NCBI GenBank assembly: GCA_002811645.1
Contig: PDIP01000052.1
Coordinates: 1 to 64,000 of the forward strand
DNA from: Corallochytrium limacisporum Hawaii
Lineage: Eukaryota; Protista; Pluriformea
Direction of reading: 5' to 3'
DNA: 64,000 bases
A program made the translations under genes and the position numbers. The notes beneath the pieces are model-generated. The model ran no database searches, had not been told where the DNA came from, and saw only the letters and a list, made by a program, of their open reading frames with translations. Positions 56,237 to 64,000 of this stretch are shown here, in pieces. The first letter of the stretch is position 1; every line of letters starts with the position of its first letter.

Positions 56237-58753
56237 CTAATTGGAAGAGACATATCCCTCGTCCTCATCGGCGAGGCGGTCCTTGACATTGAGTTTCTTA
56301 GCAGAGTCAACCAGGTTCTCGCCCGCGTGGGCTTCGACCTTGATACCACCCTTCTTGCCAACGTTTACAGTGAGTACATCGCCAGGCTGACCCTTTCCTT
56401 CCAGCAGCAGACGAGCCATGGGGTTCATGACCTGCTTCTGGAGGATGCGATTCAGGGGACGGGCACCGTATACTGGATCGTAACCAAGTTCAGCCAACCA
56501 GTCCTTTGCTTCCTCGCTGATTGTCATGGTCAGCTCCTTCTCTTCCAGGAGCTTGTCAATTTCACGCAGACGCACTTCCAGGATGTCCTTCATGTCTTCA
56601 CGACGTAGACGGTTAAAGAGTACAGTGTCGCTCAATCGATTCACAAACTCTGGTGCAAAGTGTTGACGAACCTGCCGCATGACATCGCCCTTGGCTTCAA
56701 TCGACTTGTGGCCTTCGGGCAAGCTCGCCAGCACATCGGCACCAATATTGGAAGTCATGATGATCACAGTGTTCTTGAAGTCCACCTTACGTCCCTGACT
56801 ATCAGTGAGTTGACCTTCATCCAGGACTTGCAAGAGCAGGTTGCTCACCTCACGGTGGGCCTTTTCGAACTCATCGAGCAGAGTCAGAGAGTAAGGACGG
56901 CGCCGCACGGCCTCGGTCAACTGACCACCTTCATCGTAGCCGACGTAGCCCGGGGGGGCGCCGATGAGGCGGCTGACGCTGAATTTCTCCATGTACTCAG
57001 ACATGTCAAGGCGGATCATGGCAGCCTCCGTGTCAAACATGAACTCGGACAGAGTCTTGCACAGTTCAGTCTTGCCCACACCGGTCGGGCCCAGGAACAA
57101 GAAGCTCGCAATGGGCTTATCGTGTTTCTGCAGACCTGCCCTGCTAAGGCGCACCGCTTCGGAGATGACTTTGATGGCATCCTCCTGTCCCTTGACACGT
57201 CGAGAAAGGTATTCTTCCATATGTAACAATTTGCTCTTTTCGCCCTCCATTAGAGAGTGCACAGGGATGCCTGTGCTGCGACTAACCACCTCCATGATGT
57301 CCTGTGCGGTAACGGCGTCACCAAGCATGCGACGCCCAGTGGAAGAAGTCATGTTCTCCAATTCGTTGTCACGCTCCTTGATATCTTGTTCTAACTTTGG
57401 AATGAGATCGTGACGCAGTTGACCAGCACGCTCCCAGTCACCATTGCGCTGGGCAGTGGCCAATTCGTTACGGTACTCGTCCAGTTTTAGGCGGAACTCC
57501 GAGGCAGAGTTGATCATGTCCTTCTCCTCGTTCCATTTTTGTGTCAGAGCATCCCGTTCTTTCTCACTCGCCTCGAGGTCCTTACGGATCTGGTCAGCCC
57601 GGGAGAGCGACTGGGCGTCCGTATCCTTCTTCAGAGCTTCCAGTTCGATTTTCATGCGCACGATTTCTCGATCGACACGTTCAATGCTTTCGGGCTTGGA
57701 TTCCTGCTGGAGACGTAGACGACTAGCTGCCTCATCGACCAGGTCTATGGCCTTGTCAGGCAGGAAGCGATCAGCAATGTAACGTTGAGAGTATGTGGCC
57801 GCAGTTACCAGTGCAGCATCCGTAATACGCACACCGTGATGGATCTCATACTTCTCCTTCAGACCACGCAGGATGGCTACCGCGTCCTCCACACTTGGTT
57901 CTTGGACCAGTACGCTCTGGAAGCGCCGGGCTAGTGCAGCGTCCTTCTCGATGTACTTGCGGTACTCATCAATTGTGGTAGCACCCACCAAGTGAAGTTC
58001 GCCCCTGGCCAGAGCAGGCTTTAGCATGTTGCTGGCGTCAATGGAACCTTCAGCCTTACCCAGGCCAAGCATGTTGTGCAGTTCATCGATAAATAGAATC
58101 AGATTTCCCTGCTCGGCCTCGACATCCTTCAACACACTCCTCAAACGCTCCTCGAACTCACCACGGAACTTGGCGCCCGCAATTAGGGCTGCCAAGTCGA
58201 TGCTCACCAACCGCTTGTCCTTCAGTGAATCCGGTACTTCGCCATTAATGATGCGCTGGGCCAGGCCCTCCACAATAGCAGTTTTACCAACACCAGGCTC
58301 ACCGATCAGCACAGGGTTATTCTTGGTACGTCTGCTGAGTACCTGAATGGTCCTACGGATCTCATCGTCACGCCCGATGACGGGATCTAGTTTGCCCTTA
58401 CGAGCCTTCTCCGTGAGATCAATGCTATACTTCTTCAGTGCCTCTCCCTGAGGCACATTCTCTGGGTTAACCCAACCCATGGGCTGGCCTGGTCCACCTG
58501 GGGAGCCAGGAGGAGGAGGTCCTCCACGGTTGTACAGACTCTTTCCGGCGTGGAAAGAACGAACGCCAATTATCCCTGTGGCATTTATAGCGGTCGTCCG
58601 CAGGAGGTTGTTGGCCGACGACGCCACAGTGACGTCGCCGATCGCAGCGGACGGCCTCAGCACAGATCGCATAGCCCGTCCTGCATGTTGCCCAACGAGC
58701 TCGGATCCGCCCGTGAGACCGGCCTGTCTGACCAGCCTCTGCAAACCCAACAT
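56237..58753 (-). CDS. HSP78: Mitochondrial ClpB/Hsp78-type AAA+ disaggregase
   Basis: Presequence in place of the Clp N-domain; [23 protein letters not shown], middle coiled-coil, [27 protein letters not shown]. Confidence 0.92.
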   Translation of the reverse strand: MLGLQRLVRQAGLTGGSELVGQHAGRAMRSVLRPSAAIGDVTVASSANNLLRTTAINATGIIGVRSFHAGKSLYNRGGPPPPGSPGGPGQPMGWVNPENVPQGEALKKYSIDLTEKARKGKLDPVIGRDDEIRRTIQVLSRRTKNNPVLIGEPGVGKTAIVEGLAQRIINGEVPDSLKDKRLVSIDLAALIAGAKFRGEFEERLRSVLKDVEAEQGNLILFIDELHNMLGLGKAEGSIDASNMLKPALARGELHLVGATTIDEYRKYIEKDAALARRFQSVLVQEPSVEDAVAILRGLKEKYEIHHGVRITDAALVTAATYSQRYIADRFLPDKAIDLVDEAASRLRLQQESKPESIERVDREIVRMKIELEALKKDTDAQSLSRADQIRKDLEASEKERDALTQKWNEEKDMINSASEFRLKLDEYRNELATAQRNGDWERAGQLRHDLIPKLEQDIKERDNELENMTSSTGRRMLGDAVTAQDIMEVVSRSTGIPVHSLMEGEKSKLLHMEEYLSRRVKGQEDAIKVISEAVRLSRAGLQKHDKPIASFLFLGPTGVGKTELCKTLSEFMFDTEAAMIRLDMSEYMEKFSVSRLIGAPPGYVGYDEGGQLTEAVRRRPYSLTLLDEFEKAHREVSNLLLQVLDEGQLTDSQGRKVDFKNTVIIMTSNIGADVLASLPEGHKSIEAKGDVMRQVRQHFAPEFVNRLSDTVLFNRLRREDMKDILEVRLREIDKLLEEKELTMTISEEAKDWLAELGYDPVYGARPLNRILQKQVMNPMARLLLEGKGQPGDVLTVNVGKKGGIKVEAHAGENLVDSAKKLNVKDRLADEDEGYVSSN

Positions 58754-60030
58754 TATTGACAGTCTGTGACTGGTTCAACTACAACAAAAACAGACAATCT
58801 GTTGTGCTGTTGTGGACCTGATTATCTGTCTAACAGGGTGCAGGCAATTCGCTGCCTTCAAATACCCATTATGACCGCGACACGGCATTTACTTGATGCA
58901 CGGCTGGCGTAGGACGATGTGAATCAGCCTCTGCACAATTTGGCACTCTTCGCGGGTTCCGCGAAGCGAGGCCTCCTCCTGGCCGTTCTGTTGCGTGAGG
59001 GCTTGGGGGGGGGGGAGGGGAGGCGGGTTCTGTCCCGTTCTTGGCACACCCACACAGTGGTCAACCCTTCAGAGTCTCCGTCTCTCAGCAGTGAGACTCA
59101 TTTTTTGGGGAACACTCACTATAAGTAATCCCCCCCTACTGTCGGAGATGGGAACCGGAATTCGCGACCATTCACGAACAACCAGCTATGCACCTGTCCG
59201 TTCATGGAATTTCCATATATTCACTAGCCAGTGTGCAGACGATTCAACCACCCCTCCCCCCCCCCCCCCCCCGGGGGGGACGGGGGGCCTGGGGGCTTTA
59301 CCGTGACGGGTCCGGGTAAGATCTGTCGATCTTTGGTGCTTCGTTTTGGCACCACCGAGGCAAAGAACTTACCAGGGGTAGGTAGCCCGAGCGAGTGAGA
59401 GTGAGTGGAGGCTTCGAGGGGGATTGTAGAGAAAAGCAAACGTCCGAGGGACACCCCTGAGTTATCCACCCGTTTCTGTGCGTGCAGCACGTCATCTTGG
59501 GGCGAATTCAATAAAATCTGACAATCATGATCGAGGACATGCAGCCACAGTATATTACGATATTGATTGAGATATAAATCTGTTGGAGATCAGAGACATG
59601 TGTGATTGATGCACAGCTAAACTAATGCAGAGACGGGTTGAGAACAGGGTCCGCCGCCGATTGGGTGGCCTGAAACAGAGAGAGAGGCAGAGAGAGAGAG
59701 AGAGAGAGAAGGGGGGGGGGGAGAGGGAGAGAGAGAGAGGGAGAGAGGGAGGGGTGCCCCGTGCTGTTTGGAGCGGGCACAGAGATCTGCAACTGGGAAG
59801 GTGCGATCTCTATCCCGGAATCCGAACGGGGGCTCTACATGAATGCATTGAAGGTGATTGATGTCTATGGTTATGATGATGGTGTGCGTGTTTAGTTTCT
59901 TGTTCATTTTGATATTTCTGTCTCTTGAATTACATGGTGTTGATGTGGTTTGGAGAAAAGATGTGCGTTCCTATGACAGAGGGACTGGTATGCTCGGTTC
60001 TGATCGAGACCAAAGCTTGGAGTCCTTCGC

Positions 60031-60492
60031 TTAGGCCTTGGGTCTCTTCTCAGCATGCTTCTTTATCGACTCCTCCAGCTGCTTTTGATACTTTGCCTTG
60101 TCCTGCTGGTAGAGCTGACCAATGTCAGCCACCAGTACGTCCTGGAAGTTGGGCTCGCACATGAGCTGGTTCAGGCGTTCGATTACCTGCTGCACCTTGG
60201 TGGCAGGTTTCCACGCCTCTGGCTTGAGTACATCCAAGCAAATATTGCCGCTGGCATCAATGTTTGGGTGGTAGACCGGGGTCTGGAAGACAACCTTCGG
60301 AGGCTTGAAAGGGTATTCCGTGGGGAAGTCAATCTTGATACGGTACGCGACCTTGTCATGGGGCTTCTCGGTCGGGCACAGCAGGCCTTCCCAGTGCAAG
60401 ATGTTTGCTTCGTCCACCTTAAGGTCACGCAACAGACCACCCTCTCCCTTCTGCAGCTCTCCGAGTTCCTTCTGTAGTCGCTTGGTTGCCAT
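60031..60492 (-). CDS. UBE2L3: Ubiquitin-conjugating enzyme E2 L3 (UbcH7)
   Basis: MATKRLQKEL, VDEANILHWEGL, FPTEYPFKPPK, YHPNID..G.ICL, WKPATK, C-terminal EKRP; ATG at 60492. Confidence 0.9.
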   Translation of the reverse strand: MATKRLQKELGELQKGEGGLLRDLKVDEANILHWEGLLCPTEKPHDKVAYRIKIDFPTEYPFKPPKVVFQTPVYHPNIDASGNICLDVLKPEAWKPATKVQQVIERLNQLMCEPNFQDVLVADIGQLYQQDKAKYQKQLEESIKKHAEKRPKA

Positions 60493-62153
60493 TGTTCTAT
60501 TTTGCAGGTAAACTCTCCTGGTCACCCGGGGTTCTGTTATTCAATTCTGAACTGCCTATTCCGATTGCGTGAACTTGTTTGAGTACATCTACGGTGCTAT
60601 CGGTGTACTGTAGAAATTAGGTAAAACTAACGATCCGAAAGTATAGGCAACATCATGCACATGTGGTGAAAGTAAACAATCCAGCAGTTGAAATACCTGT
60701 CGAAATCTGCAAAACAGAACACACTGCCTGCACCCTCCACAAAAAATTTTCAAAACGGGGAGGGGGGGCGGAGGGCAGTAACTACCCAGCCCGCAAAGCA
60801 ACCCTAAAACTCGCCCCCGGGGGAGGGGGGGGGGTTGGGCCCTTCCGCTCCTCTTTTTACACCCTTCGGGAACAAATCATCGACCGCAAAAAACGAAAGC
60901 GGGAAGAAATTGTTCATACGAAAGGCACCGAAAACGTGAGCAGAAGCGTACGGGCACCCCCTCCTCGGACCGGGAACACACACACACACACACACGCTCA
61001 CCAGCGGCAAAAGACCAAAAAAAAAAGGAACTCTTGCGACTACTCAAAAAGCCTGCGATCCCCCGTCCCCGCCTCCCCGGTCTCCAGGTCAAACAAGGCC
61101 GGAAAGGATACTTTCCTTGTCACTGTCTCGAAGGAAAACAAACACACACAGCGGAAAGATTGTCCTGAGAGAAACACAGAAAGGGGGGAATTAAAAGGCT
61201 AATCACGTACTGGGCGGGCGGGTCGGGTTTGCCTTTGTCCCCGGGGTGCCCATTGTTGCCTTGTGTTCAAATTTCTCTTGTCTTACTTTACATTTTTGTT
61301 TAATTTTTCTCACAATTTGGCTTTGTGATTTTGGAACACTCAAAAAGAAAAAAATGAAACGACGGCTTGCTGACAACAGAACCAAAAAAGGGAAGGCATG
61401 GGGTGGCTTGGCGTTCCGAAATTCCTTTTGGTTCGGAAGGCGCCGAAAAATGAATAGAAAGAAAAAATTGGACAAAACCATCGGGTGCTTTGCTATAGAA
61501 AACTGCCATGGAGTGCTTGCTTTGAGGGAGGGCGGAAAAGCCCAAAATGCAGGAGTGATCGGGAAAGGAGAAGGGGGGCGGGGCGGGCCAAGAGCAGCGG
61601 GCGAGAGACACCGAGAGAGGGAGAGGGAGAGAGAGAGAGTACCCGGAAAACGGGGGCCAGTTTGTCATGTTTTCCTCTCCTCTGCTAGAGCCGGAGTATC
61701 TTTGATTTAACACAGCCCACGCCATCCCCCCGGCGAGTCACTTGCGGGGGGTTGGGCCTGGAGGGGGGGGGAAGGGAGGGGAGGGACCGCCGTCGCTCCA
61801 TGCAGGTTTGCACCCCATTTTTGTGGCGGGCGAGCTGACCAACCCAATATTCCTTATGCAATGTGCAAGAGAACGCCAAGATTGAGAGGAATTCTTGGCT
61901 TTTCACTGCAGTGTTTCTGTTTTTGGTTGTCTTGGGATTCGATTCTTGGCGTTTGACAAGAGATCTTGGCGCTCGAAGTGTGTAGAGGGCACAAGGGTTC
62001 TCTCTCGGATTCGATGGCGATATGCGTACATTGGTGAAACTGTGTATTCTACTACGTTAGGATTTGAAGGAATAGTATAGTACAGATGGATTTGCATGTT
62101 GAAACGGATGTTCAAAAGTGATGAAATGAGAGAGGAGGAGCGATGAGTCGATC

Positions 62154-63365
62154 TTAGGTGCATTCCCAGATAGACACGGCACCGTCCGCACTGCCTGTGG
62201 CGACCAATGTGCCACTGTTGTCGCATGAAACATTGCTGACAAACTGTAAAGATGCCTCCAGGCTCTTAACACAGCGTTCTGCCGGCAGATCCCAGACCTT
62301 GAGCTGTTTGTCATCGCCAGTGGACAGCAGATAGCGACCGTTGTCCGCAAACGTAACAGATCGTACCCACCCATCATGGTGGAGTGTTTGCATGCAGTCA
62401 CCGGTGTCCAGCCTCCAGAGGCGTATAGTACGGTCGCGGCCACCGGATGCAAGGATGGGTACCACATCGTCTGCAGATGCATCCTTTCTGAGCATGGGGT
62501 TGAGCGTGACAAGGGTCTCGTGGGGGCAAAATGCTACACATTCCACCACGTGCGAATGTCCTCGCAGTTCGTGGAGGCACTGTGTGCTCTCGTACGACCA
62601 TACACGGACCGTATTGTCGGAGCTGCAGCTCGCGATTAATTTATCCGGGTCATAGACATCGATTTTGCGCACCCAGTCATCGTGTCCGTGAAGGGTGGTT
62701 TGACAGTATCCTGTCTCTACATTCCAGATCTTGATGGTTGAATCCCGGGAGCAGGAGATCAGAGACTGGTCATTGCGGGCAAAGCGAACACCAGTTACAT
62801 TGTGGTCATGGCCGTGTAACGTCCTGATCATCTCAAAACTTTCCATATCCCACAGTTTGACGGTGAAATCTGCAGAACAGCTGGCCATTAGGGTACCCTC
62901 TGTGTTAAAGGCGACGTCCTGGACCGTTTCGGTGTGGGATCGCAATTGCTGCTCGCATTTTCCGGTAATAGGGTCCCATACTCGGATCGCTGCATCCTCA
63001 CTCGCACTGAAGAGCAAGGACCAGATCGGATGGAAGCTCACAGTGGTGATGGGGCCCCGATGTCCCTTCAGAACGTGTGTGGCCGGGGCCCGCGGTAACA
63101 GATGACGATCTCCAGAACCCGTGGGCTTCTTCAGAGCTCCGCCCCTACGCAGATCTTCTACTTCCTGCTCCAGATCTAGCACTTTGCGCTGCAACCTGAC
63201 CACAGCATTCCATTTCTTTTCCAGCATATCGGCATCCCCGTTGGTGGTGAAAGCGCTTTGTGTTTCAATCTCGAGTTCCGCGGCCGTGGCAACCAGGCCT
63301 TGCGATGTCAGAAAGCCATGGATGGCTCCCAAAAGCTCCGTCCGTGCACGGTCTGAGAGTGGCAT
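62154..63365 (-). CDS. LIS1: Lissencephaly-1 / NudF dynein regulator
   Basis: LisH N-terminus, [19 protein letters not shown] coiled coil, seven WD40 repeats ([16 protein letters not shown]). Confidence 0.95.
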   Translation of the reverse strand: MPLSDRARTELLGAIHGFLTSQGLVATAAELEIETQSAFTTNGDADMLEKKWNAVVRLQRKVLDLEQEVEDLRRGGALKKPTGSGDRHLLPRAPATHVLKGHRGPITTVSFHPIWSLLFSASEDAAIRVWDPITGKCEQQLRSHTETVQDVAFNTEGTLMASCSADFTVKLWDMESFEMIRTLHGHDHNVTGVRFARNDQSLISCSRDSTIKIWNVETGYCQTTLHGHDDWVRKIDVYDPDKLIASCSSDNTVRVWSYESTQCLHELRGHSHVVECVAFCPHETLVTLNPMLRKDASADDVVPILASGGRDRTIRLWRLDTGDCMQTLHHDGWVRSVTFADNGRYLLSTGDDKQLKVWDLPAERCVKSLEASLQFVSNVSCDNSGTLVATGSADGAVSIWECT

Positions 63366-64000
63366 GGTATCACTATTTTCCGATTAACTGGCACTGTTTG
63401 ACCCCTGCTAATTCACATTGTTGGGATATGTGGTGTTGCTATGATATGCGTATCGCTCGTGGATCCGATGAGACTATTCAGCTATAGTGCAGTGCTCTGG
63501 AACCGCAGAATGACATTTGACACTCTCTGAAACATCCAGCGCACCGCGTTTGCCAGAACAACCGATTCAAATACCCAAGGTAGCGAGCTAAGGCCCAAAC
63601 TATAACTCTGGAAGGTTGGTCTAAATCCACGCATGAGAGACCCTCTTCCAATAATTTGGCGCCCTAGGGCAAATAGGTGCGGTGCGGCCCATTGGGGCCC
63701 GCCTTCCCCCTCCCCTTTTTTCTCGGAGGAGGGGCCTTCCTGACCGTGGGGGGGGGGGTGTTCTCGTGGATACAAAAATGCGATCGCCACTGGGAGGAGG
63801 CGGGAGCCACCTCTTATTGCAGAATCCAGAGTGAAAACATTGAGTGTTACCAAACGCGGGTACAGAGGCAAAGTGGCTGGCTGATGATGGGCGCCCGCTC
63901 CATGAAGAGCTCAAAAGGGGGCCGCCCCCCGGGGGGGGGGTTGAGTGGCTATTTGCCGGTAGCCGTTGCAGATGCAACAAGAAAAGGGTACTTGGAGGCT

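Noticed and set aside
22097-61725. Many ORF-track entries rich in ER/SL/HT/CV repeats or antisense to real genes
   Set aside because: Translations of microsatellites, N gaps or shadow frames.
1-64000. tRNA, rRNA, snRNA genes and intact transposons
   Set aside because: No cloverleaf, rRNA or snRNA signature, transposase, LTR or TIR pair was recognised by eye; an Infernal or tRNAscan run would be needed to exclude them.

Overview
Eukaryotic DNA, apparently the left end of a chromosome: the window opens with 10 nt of TTAGGG-type telomeric repeat fused directly to a C-terminally truncated amino-acid transporter gene. Bases ~1-26 kb look subtelomeric. They hold a secreted knottin-like Cys-rich protein, an orphan Cys-rich ORF, two tandem PHO84-like phosphate transporters that each sit head-to-head with a decayed copy of the same unknown gene, other decayed coding-like tracts, and a GH114 hydrolase. 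From ~28 kb on the window is gene-dense with housekeeping genes that are all uninterrupted ORFs: HSD17B10, ANKMY2, MCM6, a claudin-like tetraspan, a Slo/BK-family K+ channel, ATP synthase OSCP, an MDR oxidoreductase, a FAM122/PABIR-like PP2A-B55 inhibitor, a SANT/Myb protein, mitochondrial Hsp78/ClpB, UBE2L3 and LIS1. Animal-type genes together with Hsp78 and no coding introns suggest an intron-poor unicellular holozoan (Corallochytrium-like); this is inference, not a database result. Intergenic DNA carries microsatellites and a recurrent C(n)G(n) palindromic tract, and E2F-type sites lie upstream of MCM6 and the SANT gene. There are three assembly gaps. All family assignments come from motif recognition by eye.
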